Positions 28,033-36,551 of a DNA stretch of 49,386 nt are shown here, piece after piece (within the stretch, counting starts at the first letter, position 1; every line of letters starts with the position of its first letter). A program made the translations under genes and the position numbers. The stretch is taken from assembly GCA_017623375.1 (NCBI GenBank), contig JAGAPH010000032.1, positions 1 to 49,386 on the forward strand, written 5' to 3'. The notes under the pieces are model-generated. The model had not been told where the DNA came from, ran no database searches, and was given only the letters and a program-made list of their open reading frames with translations. The DNA is from Clostridia bacterium. GTDB lineage: Bacteria; Bacillota; Clostridia; Oscillospirales; CAG-272.

Positions 28033-28683
28033 ATGCGTTTAAAATCTTTATTTAATAAAACATGCGAAAGAATAGATAGAAAAATTTTATATCCTTTTTT
28101 GGCTAAAAAAAGAGCAAAGGGTTTAAAATGCACGGATTTTACAATTATTTCAAATAATTGTTGGGCGGGAAAGTGTTATGAATTTTTTGGGCTTCCTAAA
28201 TTAAGTCCTACGGTGGGAGGGTATTTCTTTGCATCTGATTATGTTAAATTCTGCGAAAATTTAAAATACTATATGTCACTTGATTTGGAAATCATTCCTA
28301 CAAATGAGTCAAAATATTACGATACTCTTCTTTCTTTGGGCCAAGAAAATGTTTTTGTTGGGATATTAGAAGATGTTGAAATTATTTTTCTTCATTATCA
28401 CAATAAAGATGTGTTATTGGAAAAGTGGAAAAGACGCGTTTCAAGGATTAATTGGGATAAATTGATTTTAAAGTTTTCCTATCAAAATGAATGTGATGAT
28501 GATTTGATTAGAAGATTTTTAAAAATAGAAGAATTTCCAAAATTTTGTCTTGTAGGAGAAAGTATAACCAATCATAGAGATGAGATTGTCTTTTGCAGAA
28601 ATAAAGGTAAAGAAACGATTGAAGAAACAGAAAACTTTAATTGGTATATTGATCCGGTAAAAATCATTAATGAAAGGTTATAA
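28033..28683 (+). CDS. DUF1919 family protein (polysaccharide-biosynthesis associated), AT-rich
   Basis: FTIISNNCWAG, SPTVG, IIFLHY and KWKRR..RINWD motifs. Confidence 0.85.
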   Translation: MRLKSLFNKTCERIDRKILYPFLAKKRAKGLKCTDFTIISNNCWAGKCYEFFGLPKLSPTVGGYFFASDYVKFCENLKYYMSLDLEIIPTNESKYYDTLLSLGQENVFVGILEDVEIIFLHYHNKDVLLEKWKRRVSRINWDKLILKFSYQNECDDDLIRRFLKIEEFPKFCLVGESITNHRDEIVFCRNKGKETIEETENFNWYIDPVKIINERL

Positions 28684-28755
28684 AAAGAATTTTCTTTTTA
28701 ACATTTGTTTTTTGCTTGCTGTTAATTACCAGAGAATCACGTATTTGAATTGAAA

Positions 28756-28804
28756 TGCTCTGTACCTACAAGTATATTTTGCGTACAGAGCAAATTGTTT
28801 TTTA
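28756..28804 (+). terminator. Probable terminator after the DUF1919 gene
   Basis: TGCTCTGTAC/GTACAGAGCA stem followed by a T-rich tract. Confidence 0.5.
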
Positions 28805-28820
28805 CTATGTTTGATTTAAT

Positions 28821-28856
28821 ACAGTCATTGACATATCGACTCTGTTGTGCTATAAT
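28821..28856 (+). promoter_or_regulatory. Sigma-A promoter, second copy, for HAD-rimO-pgsA
   Basis: TTGACA-17 bp-TATAAT with TG extension. Confidence 0.75.
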
Positions 28857-28892
28857 TATATGAGAATGTTTTTTAAGGACAGTGAAAAAGCA

Positions 28893-29540
28893 ATGAAAAA
28901 GAAGCTTTTGATATTCGATCTTGACGGCACTATAGCCGATACTATATATTCTATCCGTGACGGCGTAAATCTTGCCATGGACAAATACGGCTTTCCACGT
29001 AAGACCTACGAGGATATAAGGCTGGCAATAGGAAACGGAGCGCGAGAGCTTATAAGAAGGTCAATGCCCGAGGAGCAGAGCCGTGACTCTCTGCTTGTTG
29101 ATAGGGTATTTGCCGATTATGACAAGCTGTATGCACTGACCTATGCCAATATAGATGGTTGCTATGAGGGCATGAGCGAGGCAATGCACGTGCTCAAGGA
29201 GCGGGGGTATGTGCTGGCAGTGCTTTCAAATAAGCAGGACGGGTACGTCAAGAAGATAATAGATATGCTTTTTCCCGACGGTACTGTAAGCTATGCGGCG
29301 GGACAGACCGAGCTCCCGCGTAAGCCCGATCCCACAGTGCCTTTGATGATAGCGCGGATGTTCGGCGCAAGACCCGAGGAATGTGCCTTTATAGGCGACA
29401 GTGAGGTGGACGTCAAGACCGCGAAAAACGCGGGAATGACGGCAGTGGCGTGCTCTTGGGGATACCGCCCGCGCGAGGCGCTGGCAGACGCTGACTTTTT
29501 GCTCGGCGCTCCGTGCGAGCTTGCCGATCTGTTTCAATAA
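28893..29540 (+). CDS. HAD family phosphatase (phosphoglycolate phosphatase-like)
   Basis: FDLDGT, LSNK, KPDP and IGDSEVD motifs. Confidence 0.9.
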   Translation: MKKKLLIFDLDGTIADTIYSIRDGVNLAMDKYGFPRKTYEDIRLAIGNGARELIRRSMPEEQSRDSLLVDRVFADYDKLYALTYANIDGCYEGMSEAMHVLKERGYVLAVLSNKQDGYVKKIIDMLFPDGTVSYAAGQTELPRKPDPTVPLMIARMFGARPEECAFIGDSEVDVKTAKNAGMTAVACSWGYRPREALADADFLLGAPCELADLFQ

Positions 29541-29564
29541 AATTTTTACACGGAAGGAAATAAC

Positions 29565-30917
29565 ATGAAGGTTGGATTTGTTTCTCTCGGTTGTCCCAAA
29601 AATCAGCTTGACACCGAGGTAATGCTTCATGAGGTCGCCGCGGCGGGATATGAGATAACTCCCGAGGAGACCGAGGCTGATGTTGTTATAATCAACACCT
29701 GCGGCTTTATAGAGAGCGCAAAGAAGGAGTCTATCGACAATATTCTGGACATAGCGTGGCTTAAAAAGCACCGTAGCTTGAAGGCGATAGTCGTCACGGG
29801 CTGTCTTGCGGAGAGATATCGAGAGAGCATACTTGACGAGCTGCCCGAGGTGGACGCGGTGCTGGGTGTGGGAAGCATACATAACATCGTTGAGGCGATA
29901 GAGGCGGTCACTGTAAAAAAGAAAAAAGGCTCAAAGTGCAAGTATACGTCCTTCGAGGATAAGGAAACGGTAAGGCTTGGAGGAGACAGAATACTTACTA
30001 CTGCCGATTATACCGCATATCTCAAAATTGCCGAGGGCTGTGACAACCGCTGCGCTTATTGTGCTATACCCGCTATAAGAGGTAAGTTCAGAAGCCGTCC
30101 TATGGAGGAGCTTATTGCCGAGGCAAAGCAGCTGGAGGCATTGGGCGTAAGAGAGCTGAATATCGTGGCGCAGGATATCACAAGATACGGTCTTGATCTT
30201 TACGGAGAGTACAGACTTGCCGATCTTCTTCATAAGATAACAGAGGCAACGGAGATACCGTGGATAAGATTGCTTTACTGCTATCCCGATAAAATAACTG
30301 ACGAGCTTGTGGCAGAGATGAGGGATAACGACAGGATACTTAAGTATATCGATCTGCCCATTCAGCATATAAGCGACAGAATGCTTAAGGCAATGAACAG
30401 ACACGGCGACAAGAAGATGATCTGTGACGTTATTGCCAAGCTTCGCCGTGAGATCCCCGATATAGTAATACGAACTACCTTTATCGTTGGCTTCCCCGGG
30501 GAGACCGAGGAGGATTTCGAGGAGCTTTGCGAATTTGTTAAGGAAACTAAGTTCGACAGGGCAGGGGTGTTCACCTACTCCCGCGAGGAGGATACGGCGG
30601 CGTACGACTATCCCGACCAGATCGACGAGCAGATAAAGCAGGACAGAATGGATCTGCTCATGCGCGAGCAGCTTGAGATAAACGAGGCTAACAATCAGAA
30701 GATGCTTGATAAGATAATCACGGTCCTTTGCGAGGATTACGATCCGGTCAGTGAGGTGCATTTCGGAAGAAGTGCTGCTGATGCCCCCGAGATAGACGGC
30801 AAGATATATTTCCGTGCCGAGGGCAGGATAGCGCCGGGATCCTTCGTCAAGGTCAGGATCAGAGAGGTCGTGGACTATGATCTTATTGGCAGAGCATTAA
30901 CAAGCAATAATAATTAA
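29565..30917 (+). CDS. rimO: Ribosomal protein S12 methylthiotransferase
   Basis: SLGCPKN, NTCGFI, CDNRCAYC and APEIDG motifs. Confidence 0.97.
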   Translation: MKVGFVSLGCPKNQLDTEVMLHEVAAAGYEITPEETEADVVIINTCGFIESAKKESIDNILDIAWLKKHRSLKAIVVTGCLAERYRESILDELPEVDAVLGVGSIHNIVEAIEAVTVKKKKGSKCKYTSFEDKETVRLGGDRILTTADYTAYLKIAEGCDNRCAYCAIPAIRGKFRSRPMEELIAEAKQLEALGVRELNIVAQDITRYGLDLYGEYRLADLLHKITEATEIPWIRLLYCYPDKITDELVAEMRDNDRILKYIDLPIQHISDRMLKAMNRHGDKKMICDVIAKLRREIPDIVIRTTFIVGFPGETEEDFEELCEFVKETKFDRAGVFTYSREEDTAAYDYPDQIDEQIKQDRMDLLMREQLEINEANNQKMLDKIITVLCEDYDPVSEVHFGRSAADAPEIDGKIYFRAEGRIAPGSFVKVRIREVVDYDLIGRALTSNNN

Positions 30918-30930
30918 GGGGGACTTTAAG

Positions 30931-31560
30931 ATGAAAATGAATCTACCTAATAAGCTGACCGTGCTCAGACTTTGTCTCGTACCTGTTTTACTTATAGTAG
31001 GAATGCTTTCGGAAAGCATAATTCCTTTTTACGTTTCCTGCGTAGTATGTGCGGTGTTGTTTATCGGCACGTCAGTTACTGATATGCTTGACGGAAAGAT
31101 AGCGAGAAAGCACGGACTTATCACTGATTTCGGAAAATTCCTCGATCCCGTTGCCGATAAGTTTATGGTTATAGGCGCACTGTTCGTAATACTATATAAG
31201 TTTGAAAACCTTAAAACCATAATGATATTTACACTTATTATCGTTGTATTCCGCGAGCTTGCGGTAACGTCCATGAGACTTGTAGTATCTACGGGAGAGG
31301 GAATAGTTATCGCGGCGAACAGCCTTGGAAAGATAAAGACCGTTTCCCAGATAGTCGCTATCTCCACCGTTTTCCTTGAACCGGTGGTTCAGGCTATTGC
31401 TAAGCTTATTGCCGAGCTTATAACGGGAGACACACTTGCTTGGAGAACTGACATTATACCACTGACATGGGCATCGATCCTGTTCTCCGTAGTCATGACC
31501 GTTTGGTCGGGTGTAAACTACATAAAGTCCTATTGGAAATACCTCGACCCACAAAAATAA
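30931..31560 (+). CDS. pgsA: CDP-diacylglycerol--glycerol-3-phosphate phosphatidyltransferase
   Basis: NLPNKLT and DMLDGKIARK...FGKFLDPVADK motifs; follows rimO. Confidence 0.95.
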   Translation: MKMNLPNKLTVLRLCLVPVLLIVGMLSESIIPFYVSCVVCAVLFIGTSVTDMLDGKIARKHGLITDFGKFLDPVADKFMVIGALFVILYKFENLKTIMIFTLIIVVFRELAVTSMRLVVSTGEGIVIAANSLGKIKTVSQIVAISTVFLEPVVQAIAKLIAELITGDTLAWRTDIIPLTWASILFSVVMTVWSGVNYIKSYWKYLDPQK

Positions 31561-31568
31561 AAGCACAG

Positions 31569-31600
31569 GAAAAGCCGCCAAAACATGGCGGCTTTTCTTG
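31569..31600 (+). terminator. Intrinsic terminator after pgsA
   Basis: GAAAAGCCGCCA/TGGCGGCTTTTC stem. Confidence 0.8.
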
Positions 31601-31686
31601 TAAAAATCTTGCAATTTTGAGATGGCTGTGATATACTTATATCGAGATGTAAAAAGATCAAATAAAACATAAAGGGGCTTACCGAA

Positions 31687-32310
31687 ATGACAGAGGTTGA
31701 AAAGATAGCATACGCAAAATCCTTTATTGATAAATTGGCAAACGGAATAAACCCATTGGACGATACTCGTGTTCCCGATGATGATATTGTAAACAACGTC
31801 CGCCTTTCACGTTGCTTTTTCTATGTGTCTGCAATTCTTCAAAAAGAGATAGACAGAGAACTCAGAAAAGCACCGAAGGAAAATAAGCCAAAACGGCTTC
31901 CATTCTCGATCACTCCCGAGCAACTCGAAAATTTTGAATATACGTCAACTCCTATTTCGGCTACCGCTATGGCAAGGAAAATAAATTGGTTGGTCAGAGA
32001 AGATATTGAAGAAAGGAAGATTGAAAAATTTTCGTATCGAAAGATAAATTATTGGCTGCATGATATCGGAATGATCGAATGGCGAGAGTGGAACAACGGA
32101 AAGAAAAAACGCTTTCCAACACCTGAGGGCGAGTCGATCGGTCTTATTTTGCAGATCTGGGAAAATTATGGTAGGAAGTCTCCTGTGATTTATCTTTCAG
32201 AAGAAGCTCAGCACTTTATTATCGATAACATGGAAGCGGTAATGGCTGCTGAAAAAGAAAACTTTTTTCCTGTACAAGAGGAAGATGACGACGAAAGCCT
32301 TGAGATTTAG
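31687..32310 (+). CDS. Conserved hypothetical protein, possible C-terminal winged-helix DNA-binding domain
   Basis: 207-aa ORF with RBS and an upstream TTGCAA-17-TATACT promoter; the domain call is tentative. Confidence 0.6.
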   Translation: MTEVEKIAYAKSFIDKLANGINPLDDTRVPDDDIVNNVRLSRCFFYVSAILQKEIDRELRKAPKENKPKRLPFSITPEQLENFEYTSTPISATAMARKINWLVREDIEERKIEKFSYRKINYWLHDIGMIEWREWNNGKKKRFPTPEGESIGLILQIWENYGRKSPVIYLSEEAQHFIIDNMEAVMAAEKENFFPVQEEDDDESLEI

Positions 32311-32374
32311 GCAATTCGGATAATACTCGAAGCAAAAATGCAAAATATACCAAGCGGGCAGAAAGACCGACGGG

Positions 32375-33217
32375 CTACAAGTCCGACTGTCGATTGGAAT
32401 TTCTGTATTGGGTCGGAGTGAGTCCTTCATGCTTTCGAAAGACAGTGCAGAACTGCGCTCGCTCGGAAAAGCCAGCTTCCGCCGCTATCGCATTGATCGA
32501 GAGAGACGTGCTTCTCAAAAGATGCTTTGCGATACGAAGTCGTTCGAGTATTACGGCTTGATGAAGTGTTATCCCCGTGCTTTCCTTGAATATACGGTTG
32601 AGATAAAAGGAATGATATCCAAACTCAGCAGAGATATTCGAGTTGTCTATGTTCTTGTCGTAATTTTGACGGATATAAAGAGTTATACGCTGCACAAGCT
32701 CGGGGACGGCACGTGTTTTTTCATTCATACATTGCGCCATGTAGCAAAGCACATCCTTTATTATGGCTGATGTTGCGGCATCGGAAAATGGGGTAGGGAA
32801 GCTGAACAGAGATAGACATTTCTGAAATTTACTTTCCTGCTCAAAGGCGCCTTCTGCTATTATAGGCTGCGCAAGCTCCGAGGGAGGATCATTTTCAAAA
32901 ATGAGCGAGGGATCAAAATGATTGAGGCTGTCAAGCGGATTGATAGCCTTTTTTTGATCTGATTTATTTCTCGTCATGTCAAAATTAAGCACAATTACCT
33001 TTACGTTTCCGTCAAAATAATACGGTGTGTCGGGGCGAAAATATATAATAGCTCCCGCGCTTACGTTAGCAACTCTATCAAGATAGAAAAATTTTGCCCG
33101 CCCCTCTATTATGTAAAACAGACGGAAATCGTAAGCTCGGCAGAATGGGACTGAGGAAAGGACCGAAGGCTGAAGCGCCGCGTGCCGCATGAACGGATTG
33201 ATGTCACATAGCTGCAT
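32375..33217 (-). CDS. AraC family transcriptional regulator
   Basis: N-terminal cupin-like region; C-terminal YLNRIFK...IAAEAGF...FRKHEGLTPTQYR. Confidence 0.93.
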   Translation of the reverse strand: MQLCDINPFMRHAALQPSVLSSVPFCRAYDFRLFYIIEGRAKFFYLDRVANVSAGAIIYFRPDTPYYFDGNVKVIVLNFDMTRNKSDQKKAINPLDSLNHFDPSLIFENDPPSELAQPIIAEGAFEQESKFQKCLSLFSFPTPFSDAATSAIIKDVLCYMAQCMNEKTRAVPELVQRITLYIRQNYDKNIDNSNISAEFGYHSFYLNRIFKESTGITLHQAVILERLRIAKHLLRSTSLSINAIAAEAGFSERAQFCTVFRKHEGLTPTQYRNSNRQSDL

Positions 33218-33370
33218 ATATTACCTCATAAGTTTGTTTTTTTAACTTTTTGGTTTGTTTTGTATATTGATTATATCATAAAAAAGATGTATAATCAATA
33301 CACAAATAAAAATCATTGGTGAACTGATCAAAAACAAAAATTTTCATTGAATTTAAGAGGAGAAGCTTAT

Positions 33371-33907
33371 ATGATACACAGAGAGCTGATAGGCGAGGTG
33401 ATCGGCTTTGTGGCGGCTGTTACGGGATTTTTTATATTCCAACAGAAAAAGAGAAAAAACATACTTCGGGTGAAATTTATCTGTGACATTCTCTGGACTG
33501 CTCATTTTCTGTTTTTGGGAGCGTATTCGGGAATGGCGATAAGCGCAGTGGGCTGTACACGTGATATGATATTTTATAAAAAGGGCGAGGAGCAGAAGAG
33601 AAACAAAGCTTGGTTGTTTGTTTTTTTGACCGTTAATATTATTTCTGTGTTCCTTTCATGGAAGAGCATATGGAGCATCTGCTCACTTATTTCAGGTATT
33701 CTGGCAACTATTGCATTCTGGAACAGATATCCTATGCGTATAAAGATATTTTCTTTTATCGTCTGCATATCGCAGATGACCTACGGTATAGCCATAGGCT
33801 CGTACGCGGTGATGCTCAACGAGACTATAGCGATAACGTCAATATTGGTGTTCTTTATAAGATACTTTAAAAGCAAAAAAGGAGAAGTAAAATGTCAGAG
33901 ATCGTAA
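33371..33907 (+). CDS. YgjV-like inner membrane protein
   Basis: Multi-TM protein with QQKKRKNIL and HFLFLGAYSG patterns. Confidence 0.65.
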   Translation: MIHRELIGEVIGFVAAVTGFFIFQQKKRKNILRVKFICDILWTAHFLFLGAYSGMAISAVGCTRDMIFYKKGEEQKRNKAWLFVFLTVNIISVFLSWKSIWSICSLISGILATIAFWNRYPMRIKIFSFIVCISQMTYGIAIGSYAVMLNETIAITSILVFFIRYFKSKKGEVKCQRS

Positions 33908-35895
33908 AGACAGAGGGCGGACACTCGATAGTGATCAACGGAGTGACTTACGCTATTATTCCCGCCGTGATGGGGGCAGAGGACTTCTTTGAGAAGATAG
34001 AGGACGGAGCGTGGAGGTGGCACCGCCATACAAATACCGCCACCGACAGAATGAGAATGGAGATGATACTCATTGGTGAGCCCGACTTTACCATGATTCC
34101 TGCCGTCAGCTATAACGGAAACGGCTGGGGAGACGTACCCGAATACGTGGGCGACAGAGCAGAGGACGGAACTCCATGGAGCTTTGCTTCTCACAGAGTT
34201 ACCATTCCTGCGTGTACATACAGTGAAAACGCGCATATCAGCCTTGCGCTCATGTCAGAGCCTAATTCCAACTCTGCTTGCTCGCTTTACAGCGTTGATG
34301 AGGGAGAAAAGCACGTGCTTATTTTTCCCGAGGAGGAAAAGCCAAAGACGCTTCAGAGACACTTCTGGGGAGGGGCTTTTCAAGGTGTGATGGAGCCAAG
34401 AAATGATTTTGAGGGGATAATACTTGCTTTGCCCTCTGACGGCGGAAAGCACCGATACCGTGGATTGCTTGACTTTGCTTGGCGGTACTACGGTCATAGT
34501 ATTCTGCCACCGAGAAGCGCCGATGAGCTTTATAAGCTTTCTATAGCATACACGCGTTCTCTTTTTGAAAGAGAGAGAGACGGCTTTGCGGGATTTGTTA
34601 CAGGCTCTCAATGGCATCCCGATACCACGGCATATAAAAAAAAGGAGCATCGCTACGAGCTCGGTTGGGTAGGTCAGAGCGCGTCGATGGCAAACGCGTT
34701 TATATACGACTATATCGAAAACGGAGATAGAGATAATCTTGAAATGGCGCTGGAGGCTCACGATGCGTGGCTGCGGTACGGAGAGACGGGAGACAGCTTC
34801 CTTGCGGCGAGAGTTGAATATCATCCTTTTCGCCTGCTTCCGTTTGAAACCATGAAGCCTGAGGATGTGGACCGATGGGAGTGGGGAGAGGATCAGTACG
34901 AATCAATACTCAATAAGGTGGGAAAGCCGCAGGAGCGGGACGATAAGGGCAGATTGCTCATAAAGCACGACGCGTGCAATATAGGAACAGGCGCGGATTG
35001 CTATTTTGAGGCTTACGACCTTTTGAGCAAGGTTGGGATAGATAAGTCCGAATATCTTGAAGCCGCTATAAAGACCTGCGATTTCGCTCTCGACAGTCAG
35101 GACAGTAGCGGATGCTTTGCGAAATCATGGAATTATAAAGGAGAGGTGCTTGCCAAAAACGGAACGATAGGCTGCTTCTTTATACTTCCCTTGTTGAAGG
35201 CATATAAAAAGACCAATGACGAAAAATATCTCAACTCTGCTATAAGAGCATTTGATTTTTATTACGGCGAGCTTGAAAGAGAGGGCTTTACAACGGCTGG
35301 GGCGTTGGATACCTATAGCATTGATAAGGAGTCATCATCGCCATTATTGCGCGCGGCGCTTGAGCTTTATGAGGTGAAAAAAGATAGATCTTACGTTTCA
35401 AAGGCGGAAGATATTGCTTGGTATCTCTGCACGTGGATGATGCACTTTACAGTGGAGTATCCCGAGGACTGTCTTATATCCAAGCTTGGATACGATACCT
35501 TCGGCTCGACCAGCGTGTCAACACCACATCAGGCACTTGACCAATACGCGCTCCGCGATGTGCTTTCTTTTCTTAAATTGTATGAGATAACAGGATATAT
35601 ACAGTGGAAGGAGAGGGCAAAGGCGTTCTGGTGTAACGCATGTCAGGGAATTTCCGACGGAACGCTGTTCTTGAACAGAAGACTTCGCCCCGCAGGCTCT
35701 CAGGATGAGGCAATATTCCATACCCGTTGGGGACGTCACGCCACCAAGCCATTCAGTCCTTCACAGTGGCTGCCCGCCTGGCCCTGCGCGTTCCGACTCG
35801 AAAATCTGCGGTGGTATAAGGATTGGAGCTTTTTTGACGAGGGATTGACTAAAATAGAGGGAGCTATTGAAAGAAGCTGTAACACGAGCGGATAA
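33892..35895 (+). CDS. Uncharacterised enzyme, probable (alpha/alpha)6-toroid glycoside hydrolase/lyase-like
   Basis: Repeated helical motifs (LLKAYKKTNDEKYL..A, LELYE...YV..A, LYEITG...W); Trp-rich; divergent from AraC. Confidence 0.5.
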   Translation: MSEIVKTEGGHSIVINGVTYAIIPAVMGAEDFFEKIEDGAWRWHRHTNTATDRMRMEMILIGEPDFTMIPAVSYNGNGWGDVPEYVGDRAEDGTPWSFASHRVTIPACTYSENAHISLALMSEPNSNSACSLYSVDEGEKHVLIFPEEEKPKTLQRHFWGGAFQGVMEPRNDFEGIILALPSDGGKHRYRGLLDFAWRYYGHSILPPRSADELYKLSIAYTRSLFERERDGFAGFVTGSQWHPDTTAYKKKEHRYELGWVGQSASMANAFIYDYIENGDRDNLEMALEAHDAWLRYGETGDSFLAARVEYHPFRLLPFETMKPEDVDRWEWGEDQYESILNKVGKPQERDDKGRLLIKHDACNIGTGADCYFEAYDLLSKVGIDKSEYLEAAIKTCDFALDSQDSSGCFAKSWNYKGEVLAKNGTIGCFFILPLLKAYKKTNDEKYLNSAIRAFDFYYGELEREGFTTAGALDTYSIDKESSSPLLRAALELYEVKKDRSYVSKAEDIAWYLCTWMMHFTVEYPEDCLISKLGYDTFGSTSVSTPHQALDQYALRDVLSFLKLYEITGYIQWKERAKAFWCNACQGISDGTLFLNRRLRPAGSQDEAIFHTRWGRHATKPFSPSQWLPAWPCAFRLENLRWYKDWSFFDEGLTKIEGAIERSCNTSG

Positions 35896-35943
35896 AATTC
35901 TTAAGATGCTTTGTAGGTAATGTGCGGTCAACAAAGAATAGTT

Positions 35944-35975
35944 AAAACTTGTACTTGCGGCCTCTACCACCCCAA
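35944..35975 (-). mobile_element. Probable att site: degenerate 3' half of tRNA-Pro(GGG)
   Basis: Minus strand TT-GGG-GT-GGTAG-AGGCC-GCAAG-TACAAGT-TTT resembles anticodon loop, 3' anticodon stem, variable loop and T arm. No 5' half is present. Confidence 0.65.
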
Positions 35976-36001
35976 CCCCACTATGAACCGGGGTTTTTGG
36001 T

Positions 36002-36050
36002 CGTTTTCGTGGATTATTTCACGTTATCGTCGGCTATTTTACGTTATTTT
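36002..36050. repeat. Three 20-bp-period imperfect direct repeats next to att
   Basis: CGTTTTCGT at 36002, CGTTATCGT at 36022 and CGTTATTTT at 36042. Confidence 0.55.
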
Positions 36051-36166
36051 GGTCTTTTTGAGTGATATCTTCGTACTTTCAAAATGTACATTTGGTGCAT
36101 AATTTTAACAAGTATGCACTAAAAAACTATGTACTTCACGATTTTGTAGGACTTTTAGTTTATTAT

Positions 36167-36195
36167 ATTATACCACATTTTTAGAAAATTGTCAA
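36167..36195 (-). promoter_or_regulatory. Outward-facing sigma-A promoter
   Basis: Minus-strand TTGACA-17 bp-TATAAT with TG extension. Confidence 0.65.
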
Positions 36196-36257
36196 GTAAA
36201 AAATTGATTTTTGTGTATTAAAAGAACAAATAATTTTGCAATCGCTAAAATAAATTA

Positions 36258-36286
36258 TTGACACCAGCAGAAATTTATGATATAAT
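36258..36286 (+). promoter_or_regulatory. Sigma-A promoter of the HTH-HipA pair
   Basis: TTGACA-17 bp-TATAAT with TG extension. Confidence 0.75.
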
Positions 36287-36323
36287 TGACTCATAAAATG
36301 ATAATACTATTTTGAGGTGCAAA

Positions 36324-36551
36324 ATGGCTGTTAGCTATAAGAAACTTTGGAAATTACTAATCGATAGAGATATGAAAAAGAAGGAGCTCGCGCAACTTGC
36401 GGGTATCAGCAATTTTACGATTAGCAAGATGAGTGCAGGGAACAACGTAACGGTTGAGGTGCTTGGCAAAATATGCAAAGCGCTGAACTGTACGCTTGAC
36501 GATATTATGGAGTTTATTCCCGAAGATGATGAAAAGGAGGGGGGCTGCTAA
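36324..36551 (+). CDS. XRE/Cro-C1 HTH regulator (candidate antitoxin)
   Basis: MAVSYKKLWKLLIDRDMKKKEL...KICKALNC..DDIME; TAATG overlap with the next gene. Confidence 0.9.
   Translation: MAVSYKKLWKLLIDRDMKKKELAQLAGISNFTISKMSAGNNVTVEVLGKICKALNCTLDDIMEFIPEDDEKEGGC

Noticed and set aside
36002-36050. Mini CRISPR or iteron origin
   Set aside because: The units are short, imperfect and only 20 bp apart, with no rep or cas gene nearby; they fit att-associated sites better.
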